From Felis catus (Eukaryota), in contig NC_058369.1 in NCBI RefSeq assembly GCF_018350175.1, positions 14,076,001-14,140,000 on the forward strand: 64,000 nucleotides of DNA, written 5' to 3'. This document shows, one piece after another, positions 24,701 to 36,520 of this stretch. A program made the translations under genes and the position numbers. Numbering within the stretch: position 1 is the first letter of the stretch; each line of letters begins with the position of its first letter. A model generated the notes under the pieces. It ran no database searches. It was not told where the DNA came from and saw nothing but the letters and a program-made list of their open reading frames with translations.

Positions 24701-27700
24701 CCAGCAGCCAAGTCACAGGGGCCACTGGCTCAGTGCCTTGTGAGTCGTCGGGAGCCTCCGACCTCGCTGCTGCTCAAACCCTCCTCGTGTTGTCTCCGGG
24801 GCGCCGTGCACCCTAGACTCTGCTGGCCACCCAAACCTGCCTCCATTCACTCCTGGGGCCCCTCCAGGCTAGGGGCTTTGAACACCATCTGGCTTACAAC
24901 CTGGGGCTGGTGAGTCCTGGGGGCCTACCTCCATGATGCTTGATGAGGACCCCACTTTTTCCTCCTTCCCTAGGACTCCTAGGGCCTGAGCCCCCAGCCT
25001 TACCTCCTGCTTGGCTGACCACTGGGCTGCCCTGCTGGACCTCAAGGCCGGGAAGAGTCAACATGGACAGAGTGGGGGCTCTCTGGGCCACCATGGCACC
25101 CCCGCATCCCCACCTCCACTGCCACCTGCTTAGAGGTCACTCTCTGGCCTGGCTAATGGTTGCTCACCCACTGGACCAGCTCCTCAGCTTGGCCTCACCG
25201 CTCCTACCCCGATTCTTGCCTTTCGCCAGTCTGCCCCCACCCCCACACCTGTCTACGCACTTCCTGCCTGTCCTTGCAGCATCTAACTCTGTTGCTACAT
25301 CATCCATGCCTTTATCACAGTCTCTTTTGGATGCAGCGTCCGTGGCGTGGCGACATCATCCGCTGCCTTGTCTCCGGGGCCGGCCCACAGAGCGCGGGGC
25401 CGGACAGACGTGGCTAAAGGAATGAACTGGGGCGGCGGCCCCTCCACACTCACTCAGCTTTGCCGGCCTTGGGGCTCTGGGCCTCTGCCGCGTCGTATTC
25501 CCGGACGTCCTTCAGTTCGCGTACCTGGCCCGTCAGCACCTTGGCAGCAAAGGCCACGATGTACTGTGGGAGGGGGAGGCACCGGTGAGAAAAAGCCACT
25601 TCTGCCCTGATCCTGCTGCCCTCCTAGAGGCCGCGCGCTCCGGGGGCCACCAGCCCAGCGCACGCGCCGCCGTTCCTGCTGCCGAATATGCCCCGCCCCG
25701 GGTGTGCCCGAGAACGGCCTGTGCCCGGACCACTGCTTGGGGCCGGGGGACCAGGACAGGACTACCAACTGAGGAGCGGCCGGTGGACAAGGAGCTGGTG
25801 GGGGCTCCGACTCACCAGGAACCAGTAGAGGTTCATGAGGGTGAGCAACAGAAGGAGCGCATTGAAGAAGAAGTAGAAGGGGATGTCAGGCACTGAGCGC
25901 AGGCTGCAGTGACACGTGGCGTACAGAACCTTGAGCGGGAACCAGTAGAGGCGGAACCAGAACCTGCAGCGGGGAGGGGTGGGGGGGGGAGCTGTCTGGG
26001 AGAGGGGGAGGGTTGCCCCACTCGGCCCCTGTGCTGTCCCATCTGGACTCACCCACCTGTCCCTGCACATCCCTACCCACCCCTGTCTCCTCGCCCACCC
26101 CTGCCCTTCCGTCTCCATTCCCGCTCTGTCCTTTCCGGCCCAATCCTGATTCTGCCCTGCTTCAGTCCCCCCCCTCCCCCCCTCCCTGGCTCTCCCACCC
26201 GGGAGGCCCTGCCCACCTCACCAGCCCCGCCTCCTTCCCCGCTTGGCCTCGCCCCTTCCCACAAGCCCCACCTCCTCCCCTGAGTGCCCCGCCCCTTCTC
26301 GCCAGCCCCACCTCCTCCCGAGTGCCCCGCCCCTTCCCACCAGCTCCGCCTCCTTCCCTGCCCCCCCCCCCACTCACCAGCTGAGGCAGAAGCTGAGGCA
26401 GCCCAGGTCGGAGGCCAGCGCGTGGAGCCTGTGGTGGGAGCCTCCGCGAGACTTGAAGTAGACATTGAGCTTGGTAAATTCCAGCTGCACGTCGCTAATG
26501 TCATGCAGGAAGAGCACGAGGATGCCCACATTGTGGTACCTGGGGGGGGGGGGGGGAAGTGGGACAGGGGAGAGCGGGTTACACTGGGGACCCTTGCCCT
26601 GCAGCAAGGCTGCACCCCAAGCTTCCTGTAGGCCCCTTCGAAGCTGTCCTCCCTGGCCCACGTGACTTGCCCATTCCTGCCACTGGCCAGGTCAGTGGCA
26701 GCACCCAAGCTGTGCCTGCCCCTCGGCAGCCCCATCCGCACCCTCCCTGTCTCACTGTCCCCAGGTGACCTAAGAGCCTCCCTGGAAGTTGTCTGTCCCT
26801 CCTCATCTCTGAGACCCCTGACCCTCAGTGGCCTGGGTCATTTTGTATCCAGATCCCCCCAAAGTTTTTCCCTCACCTTAAACATCACTGCCATGCTAAC
26901 ACTCCTAGGGCTTTTGTTTGTTTAACCTGAACACGGCTGCAAGCTGCAGACCTGCCCAGGAAAGGCCAAGTCTGCACTAGGCTCTGAAGGAGCCTGAAGC
27001 CAGTCCCACTATCCCTCCCCAGCATTCCACCTTACAGCTGCTTGGGCCACTGGGCCTGAATTCAGCCTGGTGTGGCTTGGGCCTTTCACTCTGCCCTCTT
27101 GACAGCTCATGTGCCGCAGGCCCTTTGCACATGCTGTCACCATCCCCTACCGTGTACCTCCCCGGTGTTCGTGGAGCCTTCCTTCACCTCCCTTCAGTCT
27201 TGGCTCACCTGTCACCCAGCCACCCATCTGTACCTCACCACCCCTGTGGCCCTGGTCTCCGGACTTGATTTTTCTTCACAGCTATCACTTTTAAACAAAC
27301 TCTTGAGTTCTTTTCTCATTTGTTTGCTTGGGTTTTATCATCGGATTCTCCTCTACAGCAGTGCTGATAGAATTTTCTAAAATGATAGGCATGTTCTAAA
27401 CCTGCCTTGTCTAATACGAGAGCCATCAGCCACATGTGACCACTGAGCAGCGGAAATGTGGCTGTACGACTTTACTTCAGTGTAATTAAAGTTGGAATAG
27501 GCCCGAGTGGCCAGCAGCTGCCGTACTGGAGAGTGTAGCTAGATCAGCTAGTCCAATAGGAACAGGACATGAACCGTCTGTTATTTGACATTCTGTAGCA
27601 GCCACATTAAAAAAAAAACAAAAACAAAAACAAAACAAAAAACAAACCACACATACCAGTAAAGAAGAAGAGATAAAAATTAATTTTAATGCTATATGCT

Positions 27701-30700
27701 AATGAACTCAGTACATCCAAAATATTGTCATCTTAACACACGGTTGATACAGCAAAAGCATTGGCCACGTATATTCACTCTCCTTTGCCTTTGAAATTGC
27801 GTGGGATTTTACACCTATGCGTGTTGAAGTACGGATAGGCTACATCTGAAGCACTCAGGGGCCACATGTGCTGGCTGCAGTGGCTCTAGAATGCCAGGGT
27901 CGGTCTCTCGGGTTCATAGCTGCACCACGCACACCCGTGCGTGGCAGGCGGCCAGGAAACACTTGCTACGTGACCCGGCCAAGGCTGCCGTGGGGTTGGA
28001 GGGGGATGGATGGGGGGATGAGCAGAGCGGGGGGTTCTCTGCACTTGCTATACCCCGTCCCTCTGGAATCTCTCTTCATAACCACCCCTCCCCCCGCGGA
28101 TACTCACCGTGGCCCCCTTCCCCTACAGTCATTAGCCTGTGCCCCATGCCAGCCTCCTCTCTGTGCTCATGCTGTGCCCTGTGCCCTCCTGCCTGCTTCT
28201 GGACTCACCGGAAGGCATAGGAGGAGACGATGAGGACCAGGGTGACCACATGGTGGACGAGCATGACCACTGAGTCCTTGCGCCAGGCGTCCATGTACAG
28301 CGTGGCATAGATGGAATGGCCGTAAAAGCTTCCCTGCAGCAGGTAGGCGGCCGCGATGTCCCGTGGTACCGCCATGCCCGACGTCCAGTCTGGGGATAGC
28401 AGGACTGTGTTGGCAGGGACCTACAGGGCCTCCAGGACGCCTCAAGCTGGGGTGCGTCCTCCACAAGCCAGGGCATGCCACCCGTTTCTGCAGGTGTCCT
28501 GGTCGCCGGTTTTCTGTTCTCCTTCTCTACCCGTTATTTTTTACGAATAGCTGTTATTTTTCGGAACAGCTCTAGATTTATAGAAAAAGGTGCTCCTACC
28601 CCTGAAATCTGTCCCTTGCAGGATTTCCAACTCTGGCTTGGCCCCCCTTCCTGTCTTCTCTTACTCATCGGGCTCTCCTGAGCCAGCCCCGATGCCCCTG
28701 GCCTGGGCTCTCCAATCCCAGCTGGATGGAGGCTGCCCCCTGCCTCGCCATGCTGGGCGGGACGGCTGAGGCAGAAATCGGACCTGCCAACGCCATGAGT
28801 ACGGACTGTCCCACCAGGTGGGTTGTGACTCCCCTTCACCGGCTCCTGCAGCCACCCCCATTCCTCTTGGCACCTGTGCCCACCCATATGCAGGCTTCAC
28901 ACCCTCCCGGTGACACTGACCCCTCAGCTCTCCCATCACCTCTGCTTCCTCCCCAAGAGGGTTCTGTCTGCGTTGACCTGGACTTCTCTGGATTATGTCT
29001 TGTTCTCTGGCCACTCCCTAAAACGGCCTCCTTGGGCTCCATCCGGGGCCTCCTGTCCCCCAGCCTCAGAGACCTGGAACCAGACCCTCATGTTCCCCTG
29101 AAGCCTGGCCGTCCCCTAAAAATACTCAGTGCCCTCACCTCAGTGACAATTCTTCGTCTGTGCCTTGACCTCTTATGCACCCGGGATCCACTTGGACCCC
29201 CATCCAGGGCCCCCTTCCATCCATACCTCTGCTCACTTCCTCTGCCCTCGCCACCCTGACCCTGGGCCAGGCACCGCTGCCTCCCGCCCGGCTCCGCCCC
29301 AGCTCCCCCTGACCTTCCAGAGCCTGTTCCCAACTGTCCACTCCCCATAGCGGCTTCAACAGCCGTGAACACACAAGCTCCGTCATCCAGCAAGTCCACT
29401 CCTGGTTTGTACTCAAGGGAACTAAAACCAGGGCTCCGTGTACACGCGCATCCACAGCAGCACTGTTCACAATCCCCAAAAGGTGGAAGCAACCCAGAGT
29501 GTCCGTCAACTAGTGAGGGGGTGAGCAAAACGTGGTCTGGCCACACGACGGAACATCACTCAGCCGTTTCTAGAAAGGAGCGATGCGCTGGCACACACGA
29601 CCGTGTGGATGAACGTCAAAAACAAGAGGCGGAGTGAAAGAAGCCAGACAAGAGGTCACGTGACACACAATTCCATGTGTATGAAATGTCCAGAACAGGA
29701 GACTCCGTAGAGACAGAAAGCAGATTCGGGGGTGCCAGGGGCCGGGGGAGGCAGTGCTGCTCATGGGGACAGGGTCTCCTTTTGGCGTGATGGAAATGTT
29801 CTGGAACTAGACACAGGTGATGGTGGCACAAGATTGGGAATGCACTAAATGCCTCTGAACTGTTCACTTTAAAATGGTGAATTTTTGGGGGCGCCTGGGT
29901 GGCTCAGTCGGTTGAGCGGCCGACTTCGGCTCAGGTCACGATCTCGCGGTCCGTGAGTTCGAGCCCCGCGTCGGGCTCTGTGCTGACGGCTCGGAGCCTG
30001 GAGCCTGTTTCGGATTCTGTGTCTCCCTCTCTCTGACCCTCCCCCGTTCATGCTCTGTCTCTCTCTGTCTCAAAAATAAATAAATGTTAAAAAAAAATTT
30101 TTTTTTAAATGGTGAATTTTTAAATTGTATTTTTTTAAATGTTTATTTTTGAGAGAGAGAAAGAGCGCACACGCAAGCAGGGGAGGGGCAGAGAGAGGGG
30201 GACAGAGGATCCGAAGCAGGCTCTGTGCTGACAGCAGAGGTCCCGATGTAGGGCTCAAACCCACAAACCCGTGAGATCATGACAGGAGCCGAAGTCGGAA
30301 GCTTAACCGACTGAGCGACCTGGGCGCCCCCAAATGGTGAATTTGTTTAAACTATGATAAAACATATGCAACATAAGCATCGCCATCTGAGCCATGTTTA
30401 AGTTCAGTAGCATTCATATGTTCACACTGTTATGTGTGAACTCCTTTCATGTTACAAAACTCCAGCCAATCCCCAGAACTCTTTTCATGTTGGAAAACTG
30501 AAACTGTCCCCACTGAACACCCGCTCCCCGTCCCCTCCCCCAGCCCTGGCACCCACTGGTGGCGACTCCAGGACCCTGTATAAGTGGACTCGTGCATTAC
30601 TTGTGACGGGCGCATTTTAGCTAATTTTATGTCACGTGTATTTTACCTAATAACAAACCATGCAGCCACCCCTCCCCCATCAATGGATTAGATCTCCTCC

Positions 30701-31305
30701 CACCACTTGGCCAGGTCTGGGGGCTCCCCAGGGCTTGACAGCAAAACCCACACTTGTGGCAGGGCCCTCCCTCCGAGTTCTGTCCTCGGCCACGTGGGAG
30801 TGCTGCAGGCAGCGGAGGCCCCCCCGACACACACAGCCGCCGGGTGCTTCTGTCCCTCTTGAGAAGGAAGGGATGTCGGGGCGTCTGGATGGCTCAGTCA
30901 GTTAAGCATCGGACTCTTGATTTCGGCTCAGGGTCATGATCTCAAGGTTCGTGAGATCGAGCCCCGTGCTGGGCTCTGTGCTTCGACAGCGTGGAGCCTG
31001 CTTGGGATTCTCTCTCCGTCTCGCTTTCTGCCCCTCCCCCAATCATGCTCTCCCTCTCTGTCTCTCAAAATAAATAAATAGGGCGCCTGGGTGGCGCAGT
31101 CGGTTAAGCGTCCGACTTCAGCCAGGTCACGATCTCGCGGTCCGTGAGTTCGAGCCCCGTATCAGGCTTTGGGCTGATGGCTCAGAGCCTGGAGCCTGTT
31201 TCCGATTCTGTGTCTCCCTCTCTCTCTGCCCCTCCCCCGTTCATGCTCTGTCTCTCTCTGTCCCAAAAATAAATAAACGTTGAAAAAAAAATTAAAAAAA
31301 AAAAA

Positions 31306-31336
<31 letters not shown>

Positions 31337-34300
31337 ACATGAAAAAAAAAAAAAAAGGAGGAAGGAACGTGGAGGCGCCTCAATGCACAGAGTTCACTGT
31401 GGAAACAGGACACCGAGTTTTCCACCTATCACGCTGGCAGGACTTATACCATGGGTGAGCGTCCCCCTCCAGCTTCAAGCTCTAGGTCTGAGGCAGGGGG
31501 GTGGGGGGTGGGGCACAAATGCGATTCATCATCCAGACTCTGTCTGCACCTCCGCGCCCTCGGGGGCCGGGCTCCGTTCACGGACTGCCAGCCTGCTCTC
31601 CACGTTCACATCCACCTGCTGCTCTGGGGTCACCCCCACCACATTCCCCCTCTCTGGCCTCTGGGAGCAGCTCCTGGGTGTCCCAAACCCAGCTCCTGCT
31701 CTCCCTGAACGCCCCCCCCCGCCTCCACCCCCCCCCCCCACACCAACCTCCGCTCCAGATCCCAGCCCCTGGAGTCCGCCCCACTCTCCTCGCTCACCCC
31801 AGCCTCGGGCTTGGCAAAGAATCCTACCAGTTCCACCTTCAAACCATTTCTCAAACCAGCCACTTCTCTCTCATTCTGGGCAGAGCCCCTCTGTGCCCTG
31901 GCTCCTGCCCTCATTCCCCTGCTCATCTGGGCCTGTCAAAACCCCCCCTCTGCTCCCTCCGGGAAGTAACCCCCTGTCTTGGGAGGCTCCTCGCTGCTCT
32001 GATCTGTCAGGAGCGTGCCGATCCCGCAGTGGCCAGTGCAGTTCTGATCTGCTCTAGGCACCTCCAGGTCCCCATTCAAAAGTCACTTTTGGTGAGGCCG
32101 TCCTCATCCCTGTAGAAAATTCTCCCACCCCGCCCCCCTTTCCCCCAATTTTCTCATCAGGCTGTTCACAGATTTCGCATTTCACCGGCACCACAAGACA
32201 TCAAGGCTGGGAGCTCTTGTGCTCACAGCCGTGTCAGCACAGTGCCTGGTACACAGTAGGCGCCCGCTAAACGCACATGCAAATAAGCAGCTAACCTGCG
32301 AGCATGTGATCACAGCATAATTTGTAAGAAAGAGCCAGAAAAAACTCCATGCCTGAAACTGAGACAGTTCCATTGTGGTTCATTCACAGAGAGGAAAATT
32401 GAATGACGGCTAAAACCTGCCCTCTAGGGATTTATAAGAATGGCCACGTGGGTGACGTGGTCCCACCAAGACAGGCTTGTCACCAGGACACCGAAACACA
32501 GCAGCTCTGTGCCCAGCCCTCTGATGGGAGCGTGGGGCTTGGTGCCACCAGGAGCCTTCTGAAATGTCACACGGCCAGAAACATGTCCGTGTGTGTCCCT
32601 GATACACAGCCTGGGTGGTCAGCACAAGAACAGAGAAATCCTGACAGCCCCGTCACAGGGTTTTCTGTAACAGGCTGCCTGTTGACAATAAAGGACACTG
32701 CCGTCACCTTCCTGCCTGTCCCACCAAGCTCAGGCCTTGACAACCCTTATATCTGACCCAATCAACGGATGCAGCCATTTCACACCATCGTTGTCTCTCT
32801 GCCAAGCTGGTCAAAGCCACATAAGCCACGTAAGGCCCACTGGGCTACTTTCTTCCTTATCCAAGACTCTCCTGCCTCCACATGGTAGCCAGAAGCTTTT
32901 TATGATCCACAAACCCGTCTCATTTGGGAGAAAACTCAAACTCCTCCTATGTTCCTCTTGTCCTCGTGCACCAAGCCCACGCATGCCCCAGGGCCTTTGC
33001 ACATGCTGTTCCAGGAATGCCCACCAGGGCCCACACAAAGGCTCACCTCATTCATTGTGCCTCCCTGAGCCCTAATAGGACCAGTGTCTAGAGAGGGCAT
33101 TTTCCTGTCTCCAAAGCCCATTGATCACCCTTGTCTTGGGGCTACCTTGGGGCCTTGTCTTGGGGAAGATATCCAGCATGAGACGTGTGATGAGTGTCTG
33201 GCTCCCCCACGTACCCCTCTCCATGTGCAGAGCAGAACCCTCCCCGACCCTGCTCCATCTGGCAAGGCCCCTACCGTAGAACACAGAGGGTGGGTCGTGA
33301 AAGAAGGGGTAGTCGGTGCCGAAGAGCAGGTAGGCGCTGTAGCTCCAGGCACCCAGGTAGAAGAGAAACTTCCAGGCGCTCTCAGGCATCTTGGCGGCAT
33401 CTCTAGGCTGGAGGCGACACCGCTTGGCCAGGGGCTACGGGTGAGAAGGTGGGTGGCCATCAGCGCGAGGGGCCCAGGGCCAGGAAACCCAGGCTCAGGG
33501 GCCCTCCAGGCTGGGTGGTGTTGGGGAGGGCCGGGGCCAGTACCCACAGTCGCCTGGAGCGTAACCAGAGCCCACGTGTGCCAGCCAAGGGCTAAACTTA
33601 GTGCCCAGCTGTCCGGTGCAGGGTGGGGAGGGGGGTGAGGGAAGACCTGAGGGAAAGCCCTGATGGCAAGGAGGGGGACATGTGAGTGTAAGACAAGGGA
33701 GACCAATGAGGTCAGCCCAGGGGAGTTGGGGGTCACAGAGGGCGCTGGGGATATAACAGGGAGGGAGGAGGGGGGTTAAAGAGAAGATATGAAGGGCACT
33801 GTGGAGATAAACCTGTGAAGAGAGCCTGGAGGTGAGTATGGGGGCATCTGGCAGAACGGAGGTGGGAGGCCCAAGTGATCCCTATGGGAGGTACCTCGGA
33901 GGCAGAATTTGGGGGTAGGCTAGAGGGAAGTGGGTTGGGGAAGATGGGGTGGGTAGCTGGGGGAGAGCATGAAAATGTGGAGGGACGGAGGGGGGAACAA
34001 CGGGGCAGAGAGAGAAAGGGGAGAGGGCAAGGAAAGAATGTTCAGTGAGATGGTAAGACACGAGCTGAGCCACAGGGACCTAGGGGGACACCAGGGAGGA
34101 CTCGAAGGAAGAGCGGTCATGCAGTGCTGAGGCATGGAGAAATTGAGGAGGGGGGCACAGATCCCCTGGAGTCCAGGAGCCTGGGCCGCAAGCTCCCTGG
34201 GGGCGGGGCTCCAGGGCCGCTGGGTCAAGCCCGCCCCCTTCCCTCCGGGAGAGGCTGGAGGGGGCCCGGAGCGCCAACGGTTGCCATGGAGACAGCTGGA

Positions 34301-36020
34301 GCCAGTTTCAGTAACCCCTGGCAACCAGGCGGCTGCCAAGAAGATGAGCTTTGGAGGAGAGGGCAGCCCCTCCACCCATTTCTTGGGAAGCGCGAGCCTG
34401 GAATTGCGCTCGTCCCACCTGGACTGACGGTAGCTCCGGGGGTTCCAAAAGGGAGGGTGTTTGCGATCTTGCCACCAGCCCCCCTCATTGCCAAGCCTGC
34501 TCCTCCGGGAGGGAGGTGGCTCCACTCTGGTTGTCCCAGACCGACCACATGCCCCGCCTGGGCTCTGACCCTCAACTTCCTGGATCTCCCACTTCCCAGC
34601 TGGGAATTGGGAAAGCATAGGGGGAGCAACAAAGCCACATATGGACCAAGGCTGACCTGTGGAGGGGCACATGTGCCGGCTTTCCCCTCCCTGGAGCAGG
34701 GTGGTGGCTGGGGTCTCTTCCCCATGTGGGTGATACGGGGACGGTGGTGGGGACAGTGGCGGCCAAACAACACCCTATCCTTGACTTAACAAGAGCCAGC
34801 CTCTTCCCAGCCAGTAGAGAAAGGCCCCTTTGTTGGCGCCGAGCACTCTGTCCCTGCACCCCCTGCCACCTCCAGCCAGATTGGGGCGGGGTGTCCCCAG
34901 TCGGTCCATGGGGGAGTCGCAGCCAAGCTAGGGGCCCAAATGCCTTCCCAGCAGCTCTCCTAGCAGCGACCCCTCCCTAAGGATGGGAGGGAGGCCAGGC
35001 GCCAATGTCACCCACAGGGTCACTCTCCAACTGGAGCGGTAGCCTCCTCAGACTCGCTAGAAACTGGGCAATTCGGACGCAGCCCCTCGGAGGCAGCCCG
35101 GTCCAGCTCTGGAGACCCAGGCCGTGCCACCTCCCAAGACTGCGACCACCGGCGTGGTCGGGGAGCCCAGGCCTTTGCCTCCCCACGTCGGAGGGTGGCG
35201 CTGACTCCAGACATGCGCGAGGCAGCGACCGGGTAGCTCCGGCCTCTTCCCGGTAGCAGCGGACAAGTCGGCTCCGCCGCCCCAAGGACCTCGGGCCCCG
35301 CTCCGGTTCCGAGCGCGCTCCGCATGGCCCCGAGGCGCAAGGCGCAGGCGGCTCCAGTGCACTTAGCCCACCTCGCCCGCGTCCTCCGCTCCTCCATCCC
35401 GGGTTCGGCCCTCCTAAAAGGGCGCGCGGCGGCCCGGGCTCTCCCACCGCCCGGGGCCGCCTTGTCCGGCACTGACGGGTCTAAGTCTGCCCTGGTTCCC
35501 CTACATCCCGAACACCCCATCCGTGTGGGGGTCCCCACGGCCCGGCGTTCCTACAGCTCGGCCACACCCCCGCATCCACCCCACCCCCACCCCTCTCAGC
35601 CCTAAAGGGACCAGCTCCTCCAGCCGCAGGCGCCCCACGTTCCAGTGACCCGGCCCGTAGAGGCAGAAAGGGGCACGCGAGGGCCCGGGGTCCGTGGCCC
35701 GGGCCCCCGATAACAGCCCGCCCCCCCCCCCCAGCCCGCGGCCCCACGTCCCGGCCCTCGGTGGCACTGACCCGAAAGAGGCGCGCGGTGGCCGCCGAGC
35801 GCAGCGCCGTCCAGCCGAGCGCGCCGAGCGCCAGCAGCAGCAGCTCGGGCGGCGCCAGGTGCGCGTGCTCGGCCAGGCCGCGGCGCGCCAGCCCCCAGCC
35901 GCAGTCCGCGCAGCCCCGCGCCGCCGCCAGCGCGCTGCCCCAGCCGCGCTGCACCAGCTGCGCGTAGCTCGGCATGGGCTCGGGTCCCGCCGTCCCCGCC
36001 GCCGTCCCGGCTGCCGCCAT
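18734..36020 (-). CDS. CERS1: Ceramide synthase 1 (LASS1/UOG1), 350 aa
   Basis: complement(join(18734..18776,25454..25563,25816..25963,26378..26539,28209..28389,33275..33434,35772..36020)) = 1053 nt; Lag1p motif RKDSVVMLVHHVVTL...LFLHDISDVQLE; ends RDKRF. Confidence 0.98.
21601..21832 (-). mobile_element. Can-SINE
   Basis: Full-length SINE on the minus strand with T-rich tail. Confidence 0.92.
22015..22135 (-). mobile_element. Old short Can-SINE fragment
   Basis: GGGGCTCAAACTCATGACCCTGAGGTCAAGAGTC...GAGCCAGCCAGGCG. Confidence 0.75.
22164..22378 (+). mobile_element. Can-SINE
   Basis: GGGGCACCTGGGTGGCTCAGTCGGTTAAGC head, (CT)n and A tail. Confidence 0.92.
22775..23195 (+). mobile_element. 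MLT1-type MaLR solo LTR
   Basis: Characteristic CCTGTGAATGTGACTTTATTTGG...CTCTGCAGATGTAA...ATAAACTTCTGTTGTTTTAA...TGTGGTACTTTGTTAC; subfamily not determined. Confidence 0.8.
23245..23610 (-). mobile_element. Old L1M 3' fragment
   Basis: Resembles the reverse complement of L1MC/ME 3' sequence; recognised by eye. Confidence 0.5.
24483..24488 (-). terminator. CERS1: Intronic poly(A) signal for a monocistronic CERS1 isoform (337 aa, ends ...KAE)
   Basis: Read-through of the exon 6 donor gives GAG TGA; minus-strand AATAAA ~960 nt downstream. Confidence 0.7.
27359..27538. mobile_element. MER3-like hAT-Charlie DNA transposon
   Basis: CAGTGCTG..ATAGAA..TTCT..ATGAT..ATGTTCTA..AGCCACATGTG..GAAATGTGGCT pattern. 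Confidence 0.75.
27545..27895. mobile_element. MER33-like hAT-Charlie DNA transposon
   Basis: GTCCAATAG...TAGCAGCCACATTAAAA...AATTAATTTTAAT...ATCCAAAATATT...GCCACATGTG pattern. Confidence 0.7.
29380..29886 (+). mobile_element. L1MB-like 3' end
   Basis: CAGCACTGTTCACAAT..AAAAGGTGGAAGCAACCCA..GTCC...GATGGAAATGTTCTGGAACTAGA...TTTAAAATGGTGAA. Confidence 0.8.
29887..30106 (+). mobile_element. Feliform Can-SINE
   Basis: Full-length element flanked by AAATGGTGAATTT. Confidence 0.95.
30121..30331 (-). mobile_element. Can-SINE (inverted relative to its neighbour)
   Basis: Full-length element on the minus strand, flanked by AAATGGTGAATTT. Confidence 0.92.
30345..30620 (-). mobile_element. L1MB-like 3' fragment
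   Basis: CCAGAACTCTTTTCAT...AACTGAAACTGT...CCCCAGCCCTGGCACCCAC resembles the reverse of an L1MB 3' UTR. Confidence 0.65.
30877..31357 (+). mobile_element. Two tandem Can-SINEs (young SINEC_Fc at 31081 inserted in the tail of an older SINE)
   Basis: Two heads (30877, 31081) and an (AAAT)n tail. Confidence 0.92.
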
Positions 36021-36520
36021 GTCGCCCGCTCGCCGGCCGCCGCCGCCGCTTGCGCCCGCCCGCGGTGGCCGCCGGAGCCGCGCGCCTCGCGTCACGCGCC
36101 GCAGCTGGGCCGGGGGCGCGCCGGCCGGAGCGCTGGGGCTGGGGGGCGGGGCCGGCACAAGCTCCGCCCCGAAGGGGGCGCGGGCGGAGGGGACTTGGGG
36201 CTTGTCGCCGCGTCCGAGACCCTGAGGGCGCAAGGGTGCTCTGTCTCCCAGAGGCGGCGGCGGCGGCGGCGACCAAGGGCGTATAAGACCCGGCGTTGAC
36301 GCGATGCGTCCTGGAGACGGGCCCGCGCTCCTGCCCATTTTCCAGTGGAGGAAAGCGAGGCGCGGAGCAGCGGGGGACGGAGTCTGCCCGGCGCCCTCCG
36401 GTCCTGGACCCGGTACCCGCTCCGTAGTGCCCCGTGCCCACCCTGGGCCCCCACCCCCACCCCACCATTCAGTGTCCGCGACGTGGGGCACGGTGAGCAC
36501 CCGCCCTTCGCCGATAATTC
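35000..36520. promoter_or_regulatory. CpG island / CERS1 promoter and exon 1
   Basis: Very high GC and CpG density, with GC boxes upstream of the ATG at 36020. Confidence 0.85.

Noticed and set aside
29887..29960. tRNA-like A/B boxes in SINE heads
   Set aside because: tRNA-derived SINE promoter with no complete cloverleaf; not a tRNA gene
31383..34789. Pro/Gly-rich ORFs of 200-250 aa in CERS1 introns
   Set aside because: Low-complexity and probably degraded L2-like sequence; no coherent coding or splice signal
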